A DNA stretch of 63,799 bases, the filler included, from Octopus bimaculoides (lineage: Eukaryota): the NCBI RefSeq assembly GCF_001194135.2. It is 12 parts of 12 records of this genome, joined end to end, with 100 filler letters (N's around TTAATTAATTAA, not from the genome) between each part and the next. Parts side by side here need not be neighbours in the genome. Positions count along the whole stretch, not along the records: positions 1 to 6,999 come from NC_068994.1; positions 7,100 to 13,984 come from NC_068996.1; 10 more parts are not named here. The stretch is one strand, 5' to 3'. Made by a program: the position numbers and the translations under genes. Under the pieces are notes generated by a model. That model did no database searches. It was not told where the DNA came from and saw only the letters and a list, made by a program, of their open reading frames with translations. Below, in pieces: positions 1-10,440 of this stretch. Every line of letters starts with the position of its first letter. Position 1 is the first letter of the stretch.

Positions 1-711
1 ACATACGCTCACCTCACACCAAGAGTGTGGACAAACCCCAAGCTAGCAGTGAAAACGAAAATGGCTGCGTACAGTGCTTGTGTCCTTAGCACCCTGCTAT
101 ACGGCAGCGAGACATGGACCGCGTACGCCCGCCAGGAGAAACGGCTCAACACCTTTCACGTCCGCATACTCGGCATCCTCTGGCAAGACAAAGTAACCAA
201 TACTGACGTTCTGTCTCGTGCTGGCCTCCCCACCATGCTCACCTTACTAAGACAACGTTGGCTGCGCTGGATTGGCCACGTTCGCCATATGGAGGAAAGT
301 CGGATCCCAAAGGAGGTCCTTTACGGAGAGCTTGTCGCAGGGCAGAGAAACATTGGCCACCCGAAACTGAGGTACAGGGACGTGTGCAGGAGGGATATGA
401 AGGTACTTGGTATCAACACCAATTCCTGGGAGGATCTCGCAGCCGACCGAACCAGCTGGAGAGACACTTTTCACAAACAACTGCAGACCGGCAAAGAGAA
501 TTTGAGGGTGGCAGCAGCTGAAAACCGAGCCCGCAGAAAAGAAATGACAGCCAACAGACCGGATTCAACGTATAGGTGTAACCTCTGCAAACGAGACTGC
601 CACTCTCGCATCGGTCTCTACAGCCACAGGAGGCGTTGCAAAAACTGAATAGACAACTCAACGGACGGATGACATCATCCATGGTCAGCCATGACCGACG
701 GAGGCCTAAGA
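1..711 (+). mobile_element. RTE-clade (BovB-like) LINE, 3' end, cut by window edge
   Basis: ORF 25-648 has RTE post-RT motifs (STLLYGSETW, LRWIGHVRHM, PKEVLYGEL) and a single C-terminal C-x2-C-x12-H-x3-C finger (CNLCKRDCHSRIGLYSHRRRC); short 3' UTR ending ...gaggcctaag before an AT-rich tract. Confidence 0.9.
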
Positions 712-1064
712 AATATATATCTTTTTTACTTATATGTATATATATGTGTATATTTTTACTTTTATATATCTATTATATATATTTAAATCTTACTTTATAT
801 TTTTCAATTACATATCTTACTTTTTTATATTTATATATATTATTTATATTTAATTATTATTCACACATCATACCTTTTTATGTATATATATATGTATATT
901 TTTACTTTTATATACATATTACTTATATTTAAATCTTACTTTATTTATATTTTTAAATTGCATATCTTTTACTTTTTTATAATTATATATATTATTTATA
1001 TTTTATTCTTATTTACATTTGCAAATCACATAGCGTACTTTTCTTTTTCTTTCTATGTATAAAT

Positions 1065-4000
1065 GAGTTACTCCGCGACGGTCACCGGAGTGATATTTGG
1101 TCACTCTATAGAATGTTTGACTGTCGGTTTGGTGTCTGGAATGGTATAGTTTACCTTATGGACAGGTGGAAGCTCTTTAACCTTGGTTGGTAATCTACCT
1201 AGGAGAAGGAAATCTCCGAAATAAAACCTGAGGCCTCGGAAGTTCCTGGTTTTGTCAATTTTCATGTCATACCGGCGAAAGTCTTCTTGGGCTAATGGGT
1301 GGGGGTGGGGGTAGTGCAGTGCAAACTACACCCACTGAAAATTCTTCATCTGCACAGGTACTTCCTGTACACCAGATCTTAGTTAAATCATTGAATTGGT
1401 TGGTTGGCAGAAACCTAAAAATGCGCTTGTAGCTTACTCTAAAATGTCTCAAAAAGATACAGTAAATGGCAAAAAAAGCTTGGGAACGTCAGGGGAACGG
1501 CAGGCTTCCCAGTGTATCATAGGCTGGGCGCGGTCGTCATCCTGCCACTATGGTCAAACATCCTTTGAATTTTGGTTGTTGGAATGTGCGCACACTTCTT
1601 GATGATAATTTCAACAAGAGACCAGAAAGACGTACTGCACTTATTGCATGTGAACTTAAGAAATATTCTCTTGATATAGTTGCGCTCTCTGAAACTTTTC
1701 TCTTTCTGCCGAGGGTCAAGTAAATGAAGCTACTTATGGATATACTATCTTTTGGAGAGGCCTACCTAAGGGTCGGCGTAGAGAATCTGGTGTTGGGTTT
1801 TCTCTCAAAAATACATTAGTATCCTCCATTGTATAGCTTCCAAGTGGTATATCTGAACGGATCTTATCATGCCGTATTCAACTGACAAAAGGTAGGTTTA
1901 TTACCGTTGTCAGCACAAACAATGTCCCATTGTGATGAAACTGTAGGACGGTTTTATGTTGGTCTAGCACAATTATTGAGGAAAGTACCAATTTCTGACA
2001 AGCTGGTCATATTGGGAAATTTCAATGCAAGAGTTGGAAAGGACTACATTTCATGGCCTGTTTTAGGTTGACATGGGATTGGAAAATGTTATAAAAAGGG
2101 AGTAGCTCTTTTGACGTTTTGTACTGAGAATAATCTGGTTGTCACCAACACTCTGTTTAAGCAGACAAATAAATATAAAACCACCTGGATGCACCCAAGA
2201 TCTAAGCACTGGTATCACATAGATTATATTCTGATAAGAAAACGTGATATGAAATACGCTTCTGGCGTTCGGGCCATGAGAGGAGCAGAAAACTGAACTG
2301 ACCATCGTCTAGTGCGTGGAAAAACAGATTTTTCGATAATGCCTAAAAATCGACACTCTGGTCCTAAGGTACCCAAAAAGTTAAATGTTGCAAACTTTAA
2401 ATTATCAGGCAACTTACAAAGATTCCACAATGCTATAGAAAGTATCAATCTTGGCCCAAACAATCTATGGGAAGATTTCAAAACAAAAGTATTTCAGGCT
2501 GCAAGTTCGTCAGTGGGATTTAAATCACGTAAGTATAGTGACTGGTTCTCAGATAGATCAGCAGAAATTCATCTACTTTTAGAAAAATAAACTTAGGCAA
2601 TACACTTCTTTCTCAGTCCTTGAACTCAAACGAAGCTTACAGAAAGCTGAAAAGCAAAGTTAGATTGCTCTAAGGAAAATTAAACAGGAATGGTGGAATA
2701 ATAGAGCAAAAGGGGCACAAGAAGCAGCTGATAGAAATGATGCCAAGGGTTTGTACTCTTATGTTAAGAAGATATATGGCCCAAATTTTCTTCAAAAGCT
2801 CCAGTGAAAACAGCAAATGGATGTTTGCTTCTGACTGACACCGCTTCTATTCATAAGCGCTGGGTAGAATATTTTTCTGCACTTTTGAATAGACCATCAT
2901 CCGTTGACATGAGGACGATAGAAAAAGTCGAACACCCTCAAGTTATAGAAGAGATGACATTTGAATTAACTCTAGATGACATTTATTTAGCTGTGAATAA
3001 GCTGAATAACAATAAGTCTCCAGAGTCTGATGGAATCTGGCAGAAATCTTGAAACATGGGGGTGACAAAATGTTTGAACTCTTAAAAATATATAAATTTG
3101 TCACTGTTAGAGAACTGAGTGCCTCAAGACTGGATTGATGCCATTTTAGTCTCCTTGTATAAATCGGGGCAAAAGGATTTGTGTGGTAATTTTCGTGAGA
3201 TTTCGCTTTTGTCTGTGGTTGGAAAGGTACTTGCCCGCATTTTGTTAGAACATTTAAATACCTTCATAGTTCCAAATATAGTGTCTGAGTCTCAGTGTGG
3301 TTTTCGTTCCTCCAGGGGCACAGCTGATTGTATCTTTACTATCAGACAATAACAAGAAAAATGCATTGAATAGAATCTTGCTCTAAACCATTGCTTTGTT
3401 GATTTGAGCAAAGCATTCGATTTTAAGGAAAATAGGTTGCCCAGAAAAATTTGTAAACATGATCAGGGCTTTGCATCAAGATATGAAAGCTAGAGTTAAC
3501 TTTGGTGGTAGGCTCTCTCAACCTTTTGCTGTAGAAAATGGAGTAAAGCAAGGAGAACTTGATGCACTCACCTTCTTTGTAATATACTTTGCTGTTGTGT
3601 TGTCACATGCTTTTCAAAACTTTCAAGAGGGGATTTACATAAAATATCGAACAACAGGGAATGTTTTTAATATGACCAGACTGAAATTCAAAACGAAGGT
3701 TTTTACTTCATTCATTAGGGAACTTTTATACGCTGACGATTGTGATCTTGTCAGTCATTCTGAAACAGGTCTGCAATCTCTTCTATCTGCATTTGACTCA
3801 GCTTGTGATGATTTTGGCTTGACCATCAACTTGAAAAAAAAATTGTAATGCATCAACCTGCGTGTGATGCTGTTTGTAACCACTCTAAAATTTTTGTTCC
3901 GAGTAAATTACTTGAGGTTGTCGATTTGTTCATCTACCTTGGAAGTTCTGTACAAAGTTATGGAAATATTAATAGAGAAATACAGCTGCGAATTCAAAGG

Positions 4001-4960
4001 GCAGCAAAAGCATTTGGTGGCTTGGAGTCATGCGTTTAGTGCCGGCGACATATAAATAAGAATACAAAGCTGGCTCTTTACAAATCATTTGTCTTACTAT
4101 CCCTGTTGTATTCCTGTGAAATTTGGACATGAAAGACATTTTATGAAAGACATTTTAAATTGTTAGAACAATTCCACCAAAAATGCCTTCATCGCATTTT
4201 AAAAATTAAATGGAGTTCTTTTATTCCAAACACAGATGTCCTTGTATCTGCAAGCATCACCTCAATTAAAGCTATGATTTTGAGGAACCAATTGAGATGG
4301 TGTGCCCATATTGTTCGAATGGCGGATGAATCATGCCGAAACAGCTGTTCATGGTGAGCTAGCAGAGGGGAAACGCTATCGACGTAAACATAAAAAAAGG
4401 TTTAAGGACGGCATAAGGACTACTATGAAGTCACTTGGAATGAATTCAGAAGGCATAGAAAGCCTTGCTTCGGATTGGGTTAGATGGCGAACAAAGGTGT
4501 GGAGTGGACTGAAAGCGTTTGAAGAGGCCAGGATAACGCATATAAGACTCAAAAGATATCTAAGGAAGAATTTTATGATCGAAAAGGTGAATGAAAATGA
4601 CCTTTTTGTGTGCACATTTTGTGATAGACCATACCTTTCTTTTGCTGGGCTCAAATCTCATTTGCAAATCCACGGAAAACGAACCTCCACCAACTATTCT
4701 GCCTATATGTCTGTGCACACCTTCGAATGCAGTGTATGCCAGAAGGTTTGCAAATCTAACGGAGGCCTCAAAAGACATCTTAAGATCCACAAAGATCAGA
4801 ACTTATCTGTAGCTGTTGGAGGTCCAAATCGGATGTGCAATCTATGTGGGTGTCTTTTCAGAATATTGTCTGGTTTAAAAAGCCACATCAGATGCCATGA
4901 TGGTTCTAAGGTGTAGGTACAGGAGGTGGTCAAACTTTGCATAGGGAGCAGACAACCACC
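1065..4960 (+). mobile_element. Near full-length degenerate RTE LINE (APE-RT-3xC2H2), many stops and frameshifts
   Basis: RTE-type 5' UTR; APE motifs from ~1570 (WNVRTLLD, DIVALSET, HPRSKHWYHIDY); RT motifs (ISLLSVVGKVLARIL, QCGFRSSRGT, GVKQG, YADD at 3729-3740, FIYLGS); ORF 4302-4916 ends in three C2H2 fingers. Confidence 0.92.
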
Positions 4961-5085
4961 ATATACATATGTATACATATATTAATAGTAATGGTAAGAC
5001 AACAAAGGAATGAAAGAGACCTCGATATTTTGTAAATAGATTAATTCATCTGTAAGCATGATATGTGACAATTATTCGGTTTCCA

Positions 5086-5148
5086 TAATAAGACTCCGAG
5101 TTTCGGATGTCGGAGCGGAAACCTGCTCCGGCATCTCATCAATTATCA
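5086..5148 (-). ncRNA. Hammerhead-ribozyme-like motif (type I, minimal helix III, C3U variant)
   Basis: Minus strand: ugauaa-UUGAUGA-stem II (gaug c cggagc / gcuccg a cauc)-c-GAAA-cucggag-UC-uuauua. Confidence 0.55.
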
Positions 5149-5165
5149 AGCTAATCAACACAAAT

Positions 5166-5222
<57 letters not shown>

Positions 5223-5582
5223 NNNNNNNNNNNNNNNNNNNNNNNNNNNNNNNNNNNNNNNNNNNNNNNNNNNNNNNNNNNNNNNNNNNNNNNNNNNNNN
5301 NNNNNNNNNNNNNNNNNNNNNNNNNNNNNNNNNNNNNNNNNNNNNNNNNNNNNNNNNNNNNNNNNNNNNNNNNNNNNNNNNNNNNNNNNNNNNNNNNNNN
5401 NNNNNNNNNNNNNNNNNNNNNNNNNNNNNNNNNNNNNNNNNNNNNNNNNNNNNNNNNNNNNNNNNNNNNNNNNNNNNNNNNNNNNNNNNNNNNNNNNNNN
5501 NNNNNNNNNNNNNNNNNNNNNNNNNNNNNNNNNNNNNNNNNNNNNNNNNNNNNNNNNNNNNNNNNNNNNNNNNNNNNNNNNN

Positions 5583-6990
5583 ATATAATTTAAGATGAAC
5601 CCGTCGGCAGACCAGTCCAAATTTTCTATAGAAAAAAAAGAGACTATTACTAAACACTCAGGTGGTCGTAGTTAACAGAAATTTAACCTCACCGGTTTAA
5701 AATCCCCCGTAACGCCAAACAATTTTATTACATCTATTTTTATTTTTATGTACTTTCAAAAATGTGGACGAAAACCTATAGTTGCAAAAAGGGATCACCT
5801 CACTAAATCTATTGGCCCAAAACACTTAAGGATTGCAAGGGATTCGTTTACACACAATTTACACTTATTTATATTTACTCTGAAGTAAGGGGCTCTCGAA
5901 ATAACGGACCATTCCAGAGAATAGCACTTATTATTCGTGTAAATAAGATGCGAGTGTGGTAGAGCTACAGTATTTTTCGTATGAAAACGAGCTCATGTGG
6001 GCCCTATATCTAACCTTAAAATTTACTGTACTACCTATATAAAACTTATTTAAATCATCCTCATCCTTAACAACGCATTTATATATTGCATTAGTAATTA
6101 GACAAAACCCATCAAGGGGACATAATCCAGGGTTCCTACAATTACATGATTTCTCAAGGCCATCCCTAACCTTGTTTCTACTACTAACAGTACTTGTCAG
6201 GTTTCCCATATTCACTCCTTCACATCTCTCATTACTGGGGTTCAATACAACAGGTGGGAACAAAATGTTGGCATCACTAACCTTAGGCATATCATAACTT
6301 ACCTACCCAGAACAGGGGTTTCCATCAGAAGAACATCTCCAGTGCCCTTGCCCATTTCACTTGCTTCTATTTATAGATGCAATAATGGAGGCCAAATTTG
6401 GCATTACTGCGTAAAAGAACTTGATAGAAGACTTATTGCAAATGACTCTTTGGGAAGTTCTCCATTATTTATTTTATTTTTTTCTACAGAAAATTTGGAC
6501 TGGTCAGCTGGTGGGTTCTTCTTAAATTATATAAGCTTTTCATAAAAAGTTTTGATCTGTGCATGTTTCATGTTTATCCTAATGAGGGTGTCATCGCCGT
6601 GATGCTCTTTAGTGTAAATGAACTGCGGTGGTGAGCTCCCGAAATGGCCATAGATATATGTGAATGTTGAATTTGACCGGTGATATCTGTTTATTTTGAA
6701 CTTTGAACGTAGATGTGTGAGGGGAATAAAAGACTTTTTTCAAGATGTATGTGAATTTGACCTGTGAGAGTCTGCTTACTTATGAACTTTGGACGTACTT
6801 GTGTGAGTGAAGTAAAAAACTTTTTCGAATATTTTTTTGAAATAATTTTTTAAAAATATTTTAATCGTCTTTAATCGTCTTTAATCTTTTTAGTCGGTGA
6901 ACACTTATTTTATTTTATTTTTATCTTTATTTATTTTATATTTGTCCATTAGGCTTTTTCGTAGTTTTGAATTTTTAGTCGTTATATTTA
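5583..6990 (-). mobile_element. Penelope-like element (PLE) fragment: GIY-YIG endonuclease plus inverted pseudo-LTR
   Basis: ORF 5931-6290 (-) CNCRNPGLCPLDGFCLITNAIYKC...FYIGSTVNFKVRYRAHMSSF is the PLE GIY-YIG with Cys motif; continues as LEWSVISRAPY...KCKLCVNE at ~5930-5790. 5583-5655 is the reverse complement of ~6476-6535. Confidence 0.85.
6575..6656 (+). ncRNA. Decayed PLE-type hammerhead motif (G5A) with palindromic helix III
   Basis: uauc-CUAAUGA-long imperfect stem II (gggugucaucgccg / cgguggugagcuccc)-GAAA-UGGCCA-UA-gaua. Confidence 0.5.
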
Positions 6991-7135
6991 ACTTTTGATN
7001 NNNNNNNNNNNNNNNNNNNNNNNNNNNNNNNNNNNNNNNNNNNTTAATTAATTAANNNNNNNNNNNNNNNNNNNNNNNNNNNNNNNNNNNNNNNNNNNNA
7101 TATATATATATACATACATATATATATATACTTCA

Positions 7136-7502
7136 TGGCACTCCATCGGTTATGACGACAAGGGTTCTAGTTGATCCGATCAACGGAACAGCCTGCTCGT
7201 GAAATGAACGTGCAAGTGGCTGAACACTCCACAGACACGTGTACCCTTAACGTAGTTCTCAGGGATATTCAGCACGACATAGAGTGTGACAAGGCTGTCC
7301 CTTTGAAATACAGGTACAACAGAAACAGGAAGTAAGAGTGAGAGAAAGTTGTGGTGAAAGAGTACAGCAGGGTTTGCCACCACCCCCTGCTGGAGCCTCG
7401 TGGAGCTTTAGGTGTTTTCACTCAATAAACGCTCACAACACCCAGTATGGAAATTGAAACTGCAAGTCCACTGCCCTAACCACTGGGCCATTGTGCCTCC
7501 AC
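7136..7502 (-). mobile_element. tRNA-derived SINE, family B (head ggaggcgcaatggcccagtggttaggg)
   Basis: Reverse complement of copies at 35479 and 41240; A/B-box-like head. Confidence 0.85.
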
Positions 7503-7510
7503 TTATATAT

Positions 7511-7541
<31 letters not shown>

Positions 7542-7555
7542 TATGTAGATATATA

Positions 7556-8370
7556 TAAGGTCTGACCAATAAGTATCCAGACTGTTGCCATAGTAACAAA
7601 GGTAAAGCATGCAGAGCAAAGCCACTTAGCAAAGATTGACCTTGGACTCTGTTGTGCATGTCCACTAAGTTTTAATGTTCCATCTCACTTCTGCTGTTTA
7701 CAACAATGCTTGGAGGGAAGGTGTGTAGTGTGTGACTGTCACATTGATCATGACAGAGAAAGTTGTCATGGTAATACTTGCTCTCATGGCTATGCAATGT
7801 TGTAGAAAGTGTATGGAGAGGAGTGTATGAGCCGCACACAAGTTTACAAGTGGTTCAGATGTTTCCAAGATGGCCGAAAAATATCAATATCAATGAATGT
7901 TGTGGGAGATTCACAACCAGCAGAACTGAGAAAAACATCATAGATGTGCATGCAGCTGAGGAGAAATTGTCAAATCACTATCTGTGGATTATCAAAGAAT
8001 ATGCAGATTAGTTACAGCTGACCAAAAAGACACTCGAGTTTCAGTTGCACAAAATCTCCTTGATTGTGCCGAGAACAATGAACATTTTTTGAAAACTTTG
8101 AGTAGGCCTCTGAGCAGGTATCACCAACCTTTTGGAAAAATTTGATGCAGATTCTCTGCTCAGCTTTCTCTGTTGTGGTCAATGCAATGAACATATGCTA
8201 CACACCTTCCTTCCAAGCATTGCTGTAAACAGTGGAAGTGAGCAAGAAGGTTAAAACTTAGTGCACATGCACAGCAGAGTTCAAGGTCAATCTGTACCAA
8301 GCAGCTTTACTCTGTGTGCTTTAGCTTTGTTACTATGGTGACAGTCTGGATACTTATTGATCAGATCACG
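7556..8370. mobile_element. Mariner-derived foldback element built from two inverted 5' ends
   Basis: TA-flanked; ~210-bp inverted arms; mariner transposase N-terminus on + (KVYGEECMSRTQVYKWFRCFQDGR) and on - (AEQRICIKFFQKVGDTCSEAYSK). Confidence 0.8.
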
Positions 8371-8375
8371 TATAT

Positions 8376-8430
<55 letters not shown>

Positions 8431-8763
8431 CGCACATACACACACACAAATACTCATGAGCGCACATGCACACACACACAGACGTGTGCGCACACATTTA
8501 AAAACTGATATCTTTGTAAATGTAAAAACACCCAGCATTAACGGGATAAAAGAACTTACTGAAAGGGTAGAATCTGATATTTCCAATAATTTTTTAGTGA
8601 CAATGACTTTGAATTTTCACCGGCTGCAAAAGTTTATTTAAAGTGATTTACGACCAAAGCCATACACCTGGTAAGGCTTCATATGTCACTGTCTGTTGTT
8701 AAATACATACTACATACATGCAAACATGCATCCATACATACATATATACAAACATACATGCAT

Positions 8764-8824
<61 letters not shown>

Positions 8825-9209
8825 AACATACATACGTGCTTGCATACATATATACATATATACATACATATATACAAATGTACATATATACATACAAGCA
8901 TATATATATACATGTATACATATGTACATCATACAATGGATTTTTATGGGTATTATGGGTAAGAATCGAAACAATTGTATGTAATTTGTATTTAATATTT
9001 ATTATCTATTATATTATATTCTTCTAAGAATATAATATAAGAAAATATGTTAATAAATTTTAATTTTTGATTTGACAGTTGCATATCTCCATTTTCTTTT
9101 CATTTTTACATATATATACATATATACGTATGTACATACATACATACATATATACATACATTCCATACATACATACATGCACAAACACAAACATACATAC
9201 ATACATTCC

Positions 9210-10190
9210 ATACAAAGAATGTTACAGGTACCTAGGCATAGATGAAAATATATCATATGAAGGTATTGTGAATAAAGATGCCTTTGCCCCTTAGGAAAAT
9301 ACAGCAGTCAAAACTCTCCTCTTACAACAAAACAATATCCCACAATGCACTTGCAGTACCAATGCTGATCCCAACATTTGGGATACTTGATTGACCTGTA
9401 GAGGAAATCCACTCCATAGATATCAAAACCCAAAAATCCTGATAACAACTGGGAACTTCCACAGAAACAGTGATGTTGACAGGTTCTACCTAAGAAGAAA
9501 TGAATGTGGTAGAAGGCCTGAGATCAGTGCAGAAGGCCTTCAGATGCTGTATGGTATCACTCAGGCAGAACCTGCCAAACAACAGCAGCAGAAATAAATA
9601 TATAAATGCAGTATTGAAAAGTGAAGTGAGCAACATTGTATGAGTTGACAGTGAACTCCTCAAGAAACGTTCTCTTCCTGATGCTCTCCTATACATCCCC
9701 AAAACAGCTGGGCTCTCTTACCTCAGAGAAGACCTGGATGGTTGTGTGCATGCATGTATACATATACATACATACATATATCAGGTTTATACCTGTAATT
9801 ATTGGGGTCCTGGGATATGTAACACACTGCCTAAATACCAATCTTGAGAAATTAGGCTTCTCAAAACCAAAAAGGAGAAAGATAATCCGAAGACTCCAGA
9901 TCCAATCCATCACTGGAACTGTAAGAATCTGTAAAACTTTCCAGAAGTTTATCATTCAAATATATAGGAGCATGTACATAACTGTATGCATGAGAATATA
10001 TACATAAAACATACAAATCTGCACATACACACATACACACACACACACACATACATACAAAAATACCCCATTGTTGAAGTTGAAATTCCAATGAAGGAGC
10101 CTTGGATCTAGGTTAGAAACCGGTTCTTTCACTATTGGCAAGAAATCTTAAAATAAACTGAATAATGACATACATACATACATATATATC
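9210..10190 (+). mobile_element. Degenerate R4/Dong-like (RLE-type) LINE 3' fragment
   Basis: YRYLGIDENISYEGIVNKD, TGNFHRNSDVDRFYLRR..GR, C-terminal FIPVIIGVLG...RICKTFQKFII; 3' tail ending in (TACA)n. Confidence 0.65.
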
Positions 10191-10199
10191 TATTATATA

Positions 10200-10428
10200 T
10201 ATAAAGTATTCTTTAACAGGAATTGTGTTGACAGTGACTTTGATGTTTTGGTCCTGTCAATACTTCATTGGAATTGTCTAGGATGTCGATGTCATGTTTG
10301 AGTTTGTAACTGTAAAAGTCTTTGCAGTACTGAAACCATCTTTTGATGACATCATTCTTGTCTGTGAGGAGTAGGCCTGTTTTGTCCTTAGTGATAGTGG
10401 TGGTGTGTTTCTTTGTTTCCGTTAGGAT
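10200..10428 (-). mobile_element. RTE-type LINE pre-RT segment, inverted relative to 10441-12600
   Basis: Minus frame ILTETKKHTTTITKDKTGLLLTDKNDVIKRWFQYCKDFYSYKLKHDIDILDNS. Confidence 0.6.
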
Positions 10429-10440
10429 TTTGACAGTTTC

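Noticed and set aside
7045-7056. TTAATTAATTAA islands centred in N runs (also 14029, 15363, 36501, 41663, 44173, 45487, 50326, 54067, 56336, 61943)
   Set aside because: Identical palindromic 12-mer with stops in all six frames, always inside ~100-nt gaps: an assembly spacer, not biology.
8287-9027. YI/CV/HT-rich ORFs (also 16773, 35688, 45587, 52734, 63367 5' part)
   Set aside because: Translations of (TA)n, (TG)n and (CA)n microsatellites.
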